Of a DNA stretch of 64,000 bases, positions 42,200 through 61,349 are shown in pieces. The stretch lies in assembly GCF_009914755.1 (NCBI RefSeq), contig NC_060933.1; one strand, written 5' to 3'. Below the pieces are notes generated by a model that saw nothing but the letters and a program-made list of their open reading frames with translations, did not search any database and was not told the DNA's origin. Origin of the DNA: the human T2T-CHM13v2.0 reference genome, Homo sapiens. Both the position numbers and the translations under genes were made by a program. Numbering within the stretch: position 1 is the stretch's first letter; the number at the start of each line of letters is the position of its first letter.

Positions 42200-45100
42200 A
42201 TACATTTATTCATTTTACATATTTATTTTGTATAAATTGGGTAATATTCCAAAAATGTAGAAAAGTTCAGAATATAATAAAACAAATGTCTGCTTTCACT
42301 GTATAGATATAATACATATTTTATACTGCAAAACATTAACCTGTACACAGTTCTGAAATATTAACCTGTATACAGTTCTTTCAGATATTATTTTTAATGA
42401 CATACAATTGCTTCAGATGTAATAAAACCATTATTTTCTCTCTACAGGTTAACTATTTTCCATCATTTTGAATTATTCACACACACCTAGGTAACCATAA
42501 ACAATACATATCATTGTTGTGTGTGTTTAAATCTTACATAAATATTATCTTACTGTCAGTATCCATCCCCAACTGGTTTTTATGAAGCAACAACATATTT
42601 TTCAGTTTGAGTCATGTTAATGAACGCAGTTTTAGTTCATTAATTTAAAATGCTAAACGGAATTTCATTCATCTATATTGATGAATATTGAGGTTGTTTA
42701 TTTCCTTATTTCTTGCCTGTCTAACTAAAGGAATGATGCAATAAACATTGTGGTAGGGAGCTGACTGAGCATGTGCTCAGTGGTTTACGTAGGGTTTAAA
42801 GTTAAAAATGGAATTGTTATTATACAAGACTTGTTCATCTATGCTTTTACTAGATATTTTCTCCAGAATAGTTGTACCAGTTTACAGTTGCAGTAGCAGT
42901 GTATGAAAGCTGCCACTGAACTATGTCCTTACCAATAATGGGTATTATCATGTGTAATATTTTAGTATTTTTTTTTACTAATAGTAGTATCTTTTTAAAT
43001 GATAGTCACAGAATAGTTTTAACATATTCATTGTCTATTTTCCTTTTATCTATTTACCTTTTTCTATTAAAGTATTAATTTTTACATATAACAGATAAAT
43101 TTTATTTGTCAATTATGGCTATTTCAAACATATTCATCCATTTTGTTTTTTATTTTTTTCTTATACTCTTTAATAGTTCTCGAAAATATCATTTTACCCT
43201 CCATTTTTGATAATAATTTAACAGGACATAAAACTAAAAATTGACATTTCTTTTCTGTTAGCAATTTTTAGATGTATTTTAATTATCTTCACAACATCCT
43301 GTTGTTAATTAGAATTATTTACTTGAATTGCCATTCATTTTTAGATAATCCTATGATTGCTGTTAAAAGTATCTATCTTTGCATTTTATATTTTAAATTC
43401 AATGTGTCTAAATTTGGATTTATTCCTATTTATCCCTCTCAGAAAGCTGTGCATTATTTGAGTACTTGCCTTAAATTCTGGAAAATTACTAAGAATTAAG
43501 CATCAATATGCACAGTTCTCATTTTCACTACTTTCTTCTTCTGTAATTCTTATTATTCCAACATACACATGGGTTCTTTTCATTCTCTCATTTTATGTGC
43601 TATGTTGCTTAACTTCTCATATGTTTTTCCCTTTTTGTTGGTGCTGCATCCTTTATAATTTCTTCAGATTTATCTTTCAAAGTACTGATTCTTTCTTCAG
43701 CTTCATCTGATCTTCTGTTTAAATTAACTGAGTTTTATTTTCAATGACTGTATTTTTATTTCTATTAGTTCTATATAATTATTTCCAAGCATGCCTTCTT
43801 TTGTCTACTTTTAATTCAATACACTTCTTAAACATATTTATTTTATTATATCTTTCAAATTGTTCTATTATTTCAGTAATTGTCAGGGTGCCATTTCTCC
43901 TATTTGCTACATCAACAGACACTCTATGGTAATTTGTTTCTTCTTGGGCTTTGAATTGCTGCTGCAATTGAACTTATCTTTGAATATTAAAAACACTCTG
44001 TGAAACAAATTACCATTTAATATTTTTGCTTTCATAAAATAGAATAGTAAACACCAGTGAAAAATAGATGAACTAAAGCTACATGCATCAATGTAAGGAG
44101 TCATATAAAATAATGTTTATAAAATTCTTGGTTAAGAAATACATATAGCATGATATAAATTTTAGAAGTTTAAAATATATAATCAATGCTACATATTATT
44201 TTGGATTACATATTCCTATGGTGAAAATTTAAATATGTACAAAAGAATGATAAATATCCAAATCAGTAGTTACTTATGAGAGAAAGAAGCAGAAGGAGAT
44301 CCAGCATGAATACAAATGAGAATACAAATTTTGTAATTGCTTGTAATCTTCAGAGTATATTAACATTCAATATAGTGTTCTCCACACATTTCTGTAGATT
44401 AATACATAAAGGCAGTAAAGTCATTGAGTAGCCTCTCTTCCAAATATAAAACAATAAAAAGATAATCATTAAAGCAAGTCTTGTATTAATATTTTAAACT
44501 TTAAATAGATTACTAAAATAAAACTAGAATATCTGAAATAGGCCCATCTCTTAGAATTTAGTATAATAAAACCAGAGACTGCCACAGAAAACTAGGCAAA
44601 TAATCTAATAATTCACAGAACTATAAATGGCCTTGTATCCATCAATCTCTCTGTGAAATATTTTCTACTTATATAAAGTATGTATATTTATTATTACCTA
44701 CATATATATACGTCTATATCTAAAGATATATAAAGTTAGAAAAAAGGAAACCAAACTATTATTGAAATAGTTTAATAGAGGTAGGGTTTTAGGTGATTTA
44801 AAATTTCCAGTGTTCTAAAATAACAATATTTTAAAATTATGTTCTGCTTTTATCCAAATTATATGCTCATGCTTAAAAAGTTATATAATTCAGTGGTTGT
44901 ACACAAAAGCCACAGACTACTCTTATTACATACTTTTTCCTGCTTCTCAGAGGCAACCACTTTCAAATAGTTTGCATGATTCTATTTTTATTTATATGCA
45001 AATTTCTCTGCAATATGATTATATTGCTACTTCTTAATTTATTTGGATGGGGAAGGGATGATTTAGACACTGTATATTGACATTCTATTTTGGAAGATAC

Positions 45101-46395
45101 AAATCAAGCCTTTTTCAACACCACTTTGGCAGACCTTGCTCTCTGACACACGTGTGTCCTCAGCCTCTCATCATTATGTCATATCATGGTTTGGTTGCAT
45201 ATGCAATTTTTACATTGCCATATTGATATAAGCACTATTTACAGGATACACATGTCAGACATTACTTCTACTCTTCCTTTTATAAAAATATTAATCCTTT
45301 TTATTTTTTCAGTTTATTGTACGATTTTTAAATTGTGTGGTTTTGTTGCCATTGCTTTCTGTGTTTTAGTAATAATCGCTAACTGTCATTTAATCCTTTG
45401 CCCCCATATCCCATATATCACTTTTGTTAATACATGTAAATATACAAGAAATTATAAATTTACCTTGTTAAATCAAGCCCTCCTGATAAATCTCATCCTG
45501 CTGCAAATTACCCTGGGTGTTTCTCCAGACCTGCCTACAGCTGTCACCTTGTGATGGGTGATTCCCTCTACCTTTCTTCTAGATTGGATGCCCTATTCCC
45601 TAGATTTCTTGTCCTCTTTCTTGGTTTACCAGCTAAAACATCTTCCAGTAACATTAAGAAAATAACTGCACGGGAGATAAAAGTCTTAAATACTTTGTTG
45701 CATACTTAGCCATAGAACCCTAGATTATAACTCATACTGTCTCATCAGAATCACGAACACTTGGTCTTATTGTTTACTAGCTTATTTCATATTAATGTTC
45801 CCTCCAAAAGCTTAAATATTTCCTTTCTTTGTATCCAGGGTACTGACTTTTCAATGATGTGTCTTAAGATGGATCTATTGCTATTCATAGGACTGGGAAC
45901 ATGGTCACATGGTGAGTCTATTCATTATAAAAGCATATGTCTTTCCATTCTGGGAACTTTTTATGATTTTTTTTTTTCATGAATTCCTATGCTATATTTT
46001 CTGTTTTCTCCTTCCGGGATTTCTATGTTTTAAGACGTTGGATTTTCTCTGTGGGTTCCCTAATTTTATTTTATTTTATTTCTATTCTTATTTTTTCCTA
46101 ATTTCAATCTTAGACATTTTGCTTTTCATTCTGGAACAGCTTTTCAACTTTACCCCCTAAAACTTTCATTGTATTTTTCCATTTACACTATCTTAGTTTC
46201 CAACATTAAAAAAAAAAAAATCTGTGTTCTTGTTTTCGAGATGAAGAACCTTTTCTCACATCTTTGAGGATATTAATCCCAGATATTTTGAAGCTTTCTT
46301 TTGGTGAAAACTTTTCTCCGAGTTATTGTTTGTTTGTTTTAGTCTCTTTGGTATAACATGCTTTCTTCAAATATCTAATAATCCTTGGGATTCTG
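42200..46395. mobile_element. Mosaic of very old L1ME/HAL1 fragments (mostly minus; a plus piece at ~44010-44370)
   Basis: gttgtaccagtttacagttgcagtagcagtgtatga, aattctggaaaattact, tttcttcagatttatctttcaa, ttccattctgggaacttt antisense ORF1/3' motifs; boundaries approximate. Confidence 0.55.
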
Positions 46396-46396
46396 C

Positions 46397-47379
46397 TATA
46401 AAAGCAGAGCACCTCTCCTCCTCCAAAGGAACGCAGCTCCTCACCAGCAACGGAACAAAGCTGGATGGAGAATGACTTTGACAAGCTGAGAGAAGAAGGC
46501 TTCAGACGATCAAATTACTCTGAGCTAAGGGAGGACATTCAAACCAAAGACAAAGAAGTTGAAAACTTTGAAAAAAATGTAGAAGAATGTGTAACTAGAA
46601 TAACCAATACAGAGAAGTGCTTAAAGGAGCTGATGGAGCTGAAAACCAAGGCTCGAGAACTACGTGAAGAATGCAGAAGCCTCAGGAGCCGATGTGATCA
46701 ATTGGAAGAAAGGGTATCAGCAATGGAAGATGAAATGAATGAAATGAAGTGAGAAGGGAAGTTTAGAGAAAAAAGAATAAAAAGAAACGAGCAAAGTCTC
46801 CAAGAAATATGGGACTATGTGAAAAGACCAAATCTACGTCTGATTGGTGTACCTGGAAGTGATGGGGAGAATGGAACCAAGTTGGAAAACACTCTGCAGG
46901 ATATTATCCAGGAGAACTTCCTCAACCTAGCAAGGCAGGCCAACGTTCAGATTCAGGAAATACAGAGAACGCCACAAAGATACTCCTCGAGAAGAGCAAC
47001 TCCAAGACACATAATTGTCAGATTCACCAAAGTTGAAATGAAGGAAAAAATGTTAAGGGCAGCCAGAGAGAAAGGTCGGGTTACCCTCAAAGGGAAGCCC
47101 ATCAGACTAACAGCGGATCTCTCGGCAGAAACCCTACAAGCCAGAAGAGACTGGGGGCCGATATTCAACATTCTTGAAGAAAAGAATTTTCGACCCAGAA
47201 TTTCATATCCAGCCAAACTAAGCTTCATAAGTGAAGGAGAAATAAAATACTTTACAGACAAGCAAATGCTGAGAGATTTTGTCACCACCAGGCCTGCCCT
47301 AAAAGAGCTGCTGAAGGAAGCGCTAAACTTAGAAAGGAACAACTGGTACCAGCCGCTGCAAAAGCATGCCAAAATGTAA
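46397..47379 (+). pseudogene. L1 ORF1p, no ATG, premature TGA at 46750-46752
   Basis: ORFs 46465-46752 and 46819-47379 are in frame; the stop is at a CGA>TGA-type position. Confidence 0.93.
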
Positions 47380-47415
47380 AGAACATCGAGACTAGGAAGA
47401 AACTGCATCAACTAA

Positions 47416-51263
<3,848 letters not shown>

Positions 51264-51506
51264 ACAATGAGATCACATGGACACAGGAAGGGGAACATCA
51301 CACTCTGGGGACTGTGGTGGGGTGGGGGGAGGGGGGAGGGATAGCATTGGGAGATATACCTAATGCTAGATGACGAGTTAGTGGGTGCAGCACACCAGCA
51401 TGGCACATGTATATGTATGTAACTAAGCTGCACAATGTCCACATGTACCCTAAAACTTAAAGTATAATAAAAATAAAAATAGAATAAAACCAAAAAAAAA
51501 AAAACA

Positions 51507-52150
51507 ATGGGTCTGTTGAACCCATTTTTCACTATGATCTAGCTGATTTCGTTCTACTTAAGGGTTTTCTGCTGCCATTTTTGTTAGGTCTTTTCTCTTG
51601 AGTAAGACATATTCCCTACAGAAGATTCATACATTTTCCTGCTCGGATGAAACTTGGCTGCCTGGGTTCTGCTGTAGATCTCAATAAGAGGGGAGAGTCA
51701 GGCAGGGTGAAGTGTTTCAGCGTTTAGTATGCATATTCCTCCTTTCAGTTTTGTATTCCTATCCTGTGTCCACGTGTCCTCCAGGCCAGAGAACCTGTTT
51801 TATCCTCTTTGGGGAATAAAGTTCTTCTTTTCTAGTAGGGGGAGTGAAGAGTAGTAGCCTTATTTTGAAGAACAGGAAAAGCAACACAGAAGTCTAACTG
51901 TTCAAGAGACTCCAAACTACTTTTATGGTATTTAGCCATAATTTCATCTCTTTTGGCAAAAGTCCCTGGTGGGACAAATCTTAAATTTTACAAAAGAGTA
52001 TCGTAATGAACACTGGGGGGCTTTTTAACTTTCTGCACTGTCATTTTAGCAGAAAGAAAGAAAGAAAAAAGCTGAATCTTACTTACCTAGTTTCCAGCTT
52101 CAAAAATGTTTCATTTGTGATCTTTCAATTTTGCTTTTGAGCTCGTGTGT
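51507..52150 (-). mobile_element. HAL1/old L1 5' region, continuing the element left of the L1PA2
   Basis: taggtcttttctcttgag...attccctacagaaga; match from recalled consensus. Confidence 0.45.
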
Positions 52151-53484
52151 GTGTTTAATTACTCTTACTGGTCTATTGCATCCTTAGAAGTGGTATTCCC
52201 AAAAAAAGAATCTATATAAATAAAAACCTATTTGATGATGATTTGAATAGGAAACCATGCCCCAAATAAAGAGATTTAGAGAAAAAAGTAGTATATTTGC
52301 CAAATCTCTTAAGTAACCATGCTTTGGTTTCTTATTTATTGAAAGAAAAGTTCAGGTCCACTATTAAATATAAGAATTGATAATAATGACTAGGATGTTT
52401 ACTTCTTCAGGATGCATATACATTCAATTTGCAATCAAATAAATTCTAAAAACTGTCATCAAGTAAATATTCAGACACTGTCAGCACTTTATTGGAAGAG
52501 TTGTGAGTATTTGATCTTGCAGATTACTAATACTCTCCAGAGAGGGACTTTTCATGTTTTCAGTTTTCAATTTACAACTGTGGGTCAAAGTCAACACCTT
52601 TTGTGTCTTCATCTGAAAATGTCTCAGATCTTTATTCTGAAATGTCTTCAAATTGCTGCTTGAGAATATATGTCCCATTTCACCCAGGAGAATGTTTCCC
52701 TCTGTTAGAAACAATGCATTTTGTTTTGTCTCTCTCCAGTGGCCTCATGTATAGAATTTCAAACATAATAGGTCATTGCACATGCATTTTATTGCCTGTA
52801 AGTCTTACAGCTTGTAGTATGCTCTTCCAACCTCAGGTTCCAAGATCCTACAGTACATGGCCACTGACGGCCTTTGGTATATGACTGTGTAATAATGGAA
52901 TCTATTTTCTTGACCAAACACTGTGTAATAGCTTTTATTATTTTCTTTCAACCCATGTAACTTACATAAGAAATACAATCAAAATTCTCTTTTTTTCACA
53001 AGTTACAAAGTTTTTATGTCAGTCTTGTGTCCTTTTCTCCATTTTTCTGTTAAATTTTTTTTGTTCTGTACAAGATTGTCCTTTTATGTTTGCCAGTATT
53101 TAAGTTGTTTGGGGGAAATATTTATATCTCCAGGATGTTTTTCATTTCAAGAAAAGTTTAGTGTACCTCAACTGGATCTGAGGCTGGAATCTAGGAAAAA
53201 CAGAGAATAATCCAGGGACTTACTTTCACCAGCTTAAAAATACTATAAAATCATCCTCTCTATTCTCCAACATCTGTACATAGAGTAGAGGAACAGCAAG
53301 GAGCACTGGGAAAAGCCTGTGTAGCCACATGCAGCCTCCTACTCAAAGCTGCCTTTGGTCTTCTTCTCTGTATCTCCCAAGTTAAGCAGCTTATATTTAG
53401 GAGGAAAAAAAAAAAAAAAAGAAAAATGAAAGATGATCTGCTCACCACTGATTAAGTTACCAATACTTCTCATCTTTTGGGTAC

Positions 53485-53899
53485 TGTGAGGATTAATAGT
53501 ATGTATCTGTATAGCTGGCCCACATTGCCCAGATAATCTGGCTAAGCATTATTCTGGATGTTTCTGAAAGGGTGATTTTGGGTAAGATTACATTTAAATC
53601 AGCAGATTTGGGTAAAGTAAGTTGCTCCCCATAATGTGGGTGTGCCTCATCTAATCAGTTGAAGGATTAGGAAAAATCTGGTCTTGATCTTTCTGAACAA
53701 GAGAAATTCTTCAGGCTATCAGCCTTCAGACTTGAACTTTAGCATTAGCTCTTTCTTGGGTCTCCAGCCTGCCAACCCACTTTGCACATTTTAAACATGT
53801 CAGCCTCTATAACTGAATAAGGCAATCCTTAAGTCATCTTCTATATACGTATACACATCCTATTGATTGTCTTTTTTCTAAAGAATTATGACTAATATA
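53485..53899 (+). mobile_element. MLT2D-like ERVL solo LTR
   Basis: tgtgaggattaat...cattattctggatgtttctg...cataatgtgggtgtgcctcatctaatcagttgaagg...tgactaatata. Confidence 0.8.
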
Positions 53900-53927
53900 A
53901 AGACTAGCAGGCATTATTTGGGTGTGA

Positions 53928-54297
<370 letters not shown>

Positions 54298-54912
54298 TCA
54301 TTCTTCTTCTTAAACATATAAGTTTTGTGTAAAATACACAACGAAGAGGACACAGTATTGTGTTTTTCCAAACAAAATTGCCAGCTCTTCTGTTGAAATT
54401 AAAGTGGCAAGTGAGGAAAGAAGGAGGGAGGAGTACATGATACGATACTTATCAGTACCCTTATGTTTTTGTAACTCCTACCACTAATTTTCTCTTACCA
54501 TATGCACTCTGCCACACTCCTTATTTCCCAGGCTCCCTTTAGAATGCCCAACCACCCTATAGAAAATGAGTACGAACTCTGAAGACATCATTGGATAGAG
54601 TTACCGTTAAAAAAAATTCACTCAATGTTATTCAGAGTCATTTTCAAAGAAACAGCTCTGGCCACTAGGAGATACGAACCTGAGTATCATAGGGAATCTG
54701 TGGATTAAAACAGATTACTTATAGTAGTAAGCAAAATAAAGTGTAGGAGAACCTCTGATAGTTACTTTTTAAATTTACCTCAGGAGATTTGTCCCTGTTT
54801 CTATAATTAGTTTATAAAGAACCTTATATTTATTTTAAATATTTTATATCTATGCTACTTATACATCAGTAATTGGTTTAATAGATTTATATATAATATA
54901 ATGTGTTTATAT

Positions 54913-55019
54913 ATTATATATAAATGTATTATATATGTATAATATATATAAATTATATATAAATGTATTATATATGTATAATATATATAAATTATATATA
55001 AATGTATTATATATAATTT

Positions 55020-55075
<56 letters not shown>
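54913..55075. repeat. 39-bp AT-rich minisatellite (~2.6 perfect copies) followed by (GT)n(AT)n
   Basis: Unit attatatataaatgtattatatatgtataatatatataa starts at 54913, 54952 and 54991. Confidence 0.92.
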
Positions 55076-55081
<6 letters not shown>

Positions 55082-55985
55082 GCTACTAGAACTGAAAAAG
55101 ACAGTAGAGAAGGCTGAAGGATTTAAGCTTCACACTCCTACAGACATACCTTTACACAGTGAGGATGAAGCACTGCACACAGATCTGTGGTGTACCAATA
55201 TGCACTTAATGAGCACTCCAGCTCTCTGCTTTTCAATTTGTACTCGCTGAACTTCTATTTTTTAAACTGAAAACAAACAAAAACACTGTCATCCTTTTTT
55301 CTTGATGTATCTGCAATAGCCACTTTGAACTCCTCTGGTACCTTATCAAATAACCCCATACAGTGGGCAGTCTGCAGAGATTGCAGGGAACTACAAGAAG
55401 GGTCCACATAATATGGTGTGTTACAGTTACTAAAAATGCTCTACTAATGAACCAAGCTAAGATGATTGGTCTCCTCGTTCATAGAACTTTTCAGTTTTTC
55501 AGGAAATAGAAGGTCTACTTTTTTCTGAAGAATTACAAGTAAGGAACGATGATTATTAGAGATTAGAAAGCATTGTTCTTTTTTTCCTCTATTGGTGAAT
55601 TATTCTCAGTGAGCTAAGGCTTTCCTGACCGCCAGTTTCACAACTCTCCCACATAACCATCTCTAATCTCTCATGTATAAAGTCAAAATGAATGTTTTCC
55701 AAGAATTCAATATTCTTCAACAGGAAATAAGCAATGTGCATTTACTTTCAAAAAAAAAAAAAAAAAAAACAGAAAAAACAAAAAATTGGTCCCCATTAAG
55801 CAAATTTCACCAGGAAAGTATATGTTTCCTTCACAGAGTTATAGGAAAATAAATTTCTACAAAGCTTTCCTGTGTCATGCTAAAAGGGTTAGTGATGAGG
55901 ATATAAGGTTTACAATGTTAAAGCTGCAAAGGAATGTGTCTTTATGATGAGGTGAGCCTCTTTCTGATGTTGTAAAGGTGGTTGA

Positions 55986-56590
<605 letters not shown>

Positions 56591-57709
56591 CTGGGAATAT
56601 CAATAAATTAAAATCGGGTACTTACAGAATTCTCAATTGTAACGACAAATCTAGAATATCAGGGTTTCTGTACTTAGTGACCAGAAGTCATACAGCTTTC
56701 TATTTACGTCTAAGTTCAAAACATATTCTGGACAATAAAAGAATAATCCTCTCTAAAGACAAATTTTGGCAAGGAAAAATGCAGTCCAATTTGCTTGCAT
56801 TATAAAAATAGAAACACATGTAATCTCAAATTAACTGTCTTTGTTTTCTGCAGTTCTATGCAAATGCAAATATGCAAAAGAACAAATGCTTGATAGAAAA
56901 AAATGTACATGTTGGCAGTTCATTATCCTTGTGTTTTTCTTAATTGATGAGTGCTTTCTCTGTTGAAACTCTTAAGATCGCTCAGATTCCCTGGCATAAG
57001 TCCTCATGAAAAATCATCTAAATGATATCTTTGTGGAGACTATGATGCTCAATCAGACATTTTGGCTAACATACTAGGCTGCTGATCTGACATTCAGTGC
57101 CCAGAATCGCGGCTGCTGAGCCAAGTAAACCACCTCCTGAGTTGTTTCTGGTCCAATCTGTGGTATCTCTGCCAACGGGTTTTCTAGATAGTTAGACCCC
57201 TCCTACCTATGCATAACAATGAGCTAGCATGCTAGCAAAGTCCCAATTTTTATAAATGTAGTGATGCATCCTACAGATACATAAAGTCACTGATAATCAG
57301 ACCAATGTCTGCACATACGTGTTTAAATCAATTACAATGACAAATAGATGCTTTATGAGACCATGACTATTCAGAACCTTATTTTAGACACTTAACACAT
57401 TGGTAACCATCACAGAAACAATGAAAAAGAATTGTGGGGAAAAGTAAAATAACAAAATAATTATCTTTTGCTGATTTAATATCATATGGAACAATAGTCT
57501 TTTACATAGAAAGAAAATATGATTATATTATTGAAGCATCCTGCACTTTCAAAATGTAATCAATCATTATAGGTAGTCTCCTAAGATTAGAGTCATACAT
57601 AAGAAATCATAAGGAAATCTAGATCTGCAAAAGTAGATGAACCGGGAGTAGATAATTCTAAATAAACCAATTGTGCTTTTTTAAAATAAATAATCCAGTT
57701 TACTTGAGT

Positions 57710-58778
<1,069 letters not shown>

Positions 58779-58779
58779 A

Positions 58780-59147
<368 letters not shown>

Positions 59148-60437
59148 CAAAAGGATTATTTTCTTGCTAACTTGGGGAAAGGTGAAAGGCTATATAGCTT
59201 TGTCTTCTCAGACACTCTTGGGGCTTTACACTCAATAGCTGTATATCTATATATCTATATCTGTATATTAAAAATATGAACATATAATCCACCATTTTGT
59301 GAAACTTTTTTTCATTTACCAGGAGAAAACTGAGGACCAGCGAAGTGGCCTGCAGAAGTAACAAACTCCTTAACAAGTGCTATGGCACCAGCTCATCAGA
59401 ATGGACACTGGCTTTAATGGTATTAACTGAGTCCTAAAGGCCCTCTTCTCCTTATTTCCTGAATATTGGGAAGATCCAAAGGTTTCTGCAACAAAGGGGA
59501 CAACCAAGTAAATGGTGGAGGAGGATCTTTTAGGGGCTCGTGGCTGAAGCCACTTTGTCTACCAGAATGGCACCATTTCAATATTTTGTCAATGAATATA
59601 GCTACACCTATGCTTATTAAACAAGTCTGGTGACATAATTGTCCCAAGTTCATACAGTCAGTAGAATTTGCCATCAAACAACTTTAAAACAACTTTTCAG
59701 GAATATAACTACTATGCCACATGAAATACCCACCTTCTGGGATATTGAAGCAAAAGCTTTTCAACTGCTAAATAGGCACATGATCTTTATACCATTGGTA
59801 TAATGTCACGTACATTTGTGTGCAGATTACCACATCCCTGAAAACTGCTCCCTCAGATGTTGTGTATGGGGTAATTGATGCTTTAGGCCTAAAAATCTAA
59901 ATAAGCTGACACTTTTATTTTCAGAAGTGCCTGCAAGGGGTGCAATTCAAAAAAATTACATTTCAACCTGGCTGATTGGCTAATAAAATGAAAGTAGTTT
60001 GTAACAAATAAACAAGTAAAGGATATGGCATGCTTTGCACTGCTTTTAACATAAATGAGTAAAATCACATCATTTCTTTCAATAAAAACATCTTGTGCCT
60101 AAAATAAAATGCCTGATGTTGATACTGAAATGGTATGCTTTCATCTAAAATATTTTTGATAGCTCGTTGTTGCCAACACTTAAAACAAAAAGTTGCTAAC
60201 TTCTTTAAAGTGGCCAACTACAGTAGTGCAAAACCAATAGTTGATATGATATTATTTTTAGCCTTCATCTTCAGCTTTAAGTAATGTTCAGTAAATGCAA
60301 CATTACTTCCTTATTGATATTTATCCATGACTCCACACAGAAAACAATAAACAAATAAACCTTATTCATAAGGCTGTCTATATACCAGTGGTCATTTTAT
60401 AGTCAGAATTTTTTTGCATTTAAAAAGGCAGCTATTA

Positions 60438-61121
60438 TGTTGGTGAGGATGCAGAGAAAAGGGAATGCTTATACACTGCTGGTGGCAATGCAAATTAGTT
60501 CAACTTCTGTGGAAAACAGTAGAAAATTTCTCAAAGAATTAAAAATAGAACTAACTACCATTTGACCCAGCAATACCACCATTGGCTATTTACCCAAAGG
60601 AAAAGAAATTGTTTTATCAAAAAGACACCTAGCACTCAATATGTTTATCATAGCACTAGTCACATTAGCAAAGGCACAGAATCAACCTAAGGGTCCATCA
60701 ACAGTGGGCTGGATTAAACAAAAAGTGGTACATATACACTGTGAAATAATATGCAGCCATAGAAAAAAACAAAATCATGCCTTTTGCAGTAACATGGATG
60801 GAGCTACAGATCATTATCCTAAGTGAAATAACTCAGAAACAGGCAATCAAATATTACATGCTCTTACTTATAAGTGGAAGTTAAGCAATGTGTACACATG
60901 GACATAAAGATGTAAATAATAGACACTGGGGACTCCAAAAGTGAAGAGGATGGGAGAGAGGCAAGGGTTGAAAAACTACCTTTTCGGTACTATGTTCCTA
61001 TTTGGGTGACGGGTTCATTAGAAGCACAAACCTCAGCATTATACAATATACTTATGGAACGAACCTGCACATGTACTTCCTGAATCTAAAATAAATAAAT
61101 AAGTAAATAAATAAATAAATT
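60438..61121 (+). mobile_element. L1PA17/L1PB4-like 3' end
   Basis: agacactggggactccaaaag...gggttgaaaaactacc...gggtgacgggttcattagaagc...tgaatctaaaataaa; degenerate TSD aaggcagctatta/aaggagctgtta. Confidence 0.85.
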
Positions 61122-61349
61122 TATAAGGAGCTGTTAAATACTTCTAGATTCAAAGCATGGAAGGCTTTTCTTTCCTCTTCCCTCCTCATGCAGTTCTTAC
61201 TCTGACTCTACTCACTGCTATTTTACAGTCAGTTCGAACAAGCAAAGCTGACTTCCCATCCCACAAAATAAAAGATTCAGCAAATCACCAGGGAGTGAGA
61301 AATTCCTATAGACCAGCCAGTGAAAACAAATAGCAGGGAACTGAAGTAG

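Noticed and set aside
51307-51340. G-quadruplex-forming tract
   Set aside because: A standard, well-described feature of the L1PA 3'UTR.
55750-55785. Orphan poly(A) as the tail of a processed pseudogene
   Set aside because: No TSD, no well-placed AATAAA and no recognisable upstream mRNA or SINE body.
55837-55951. Plus-strand 115-nt exon-like segment (ttccttcacag ... GAG|gtgagc)
   Set aside because: Not 3n, a stop in the longest frame, no partner exons, and opposite to the inferred host strand; such pseudo-exons are common.
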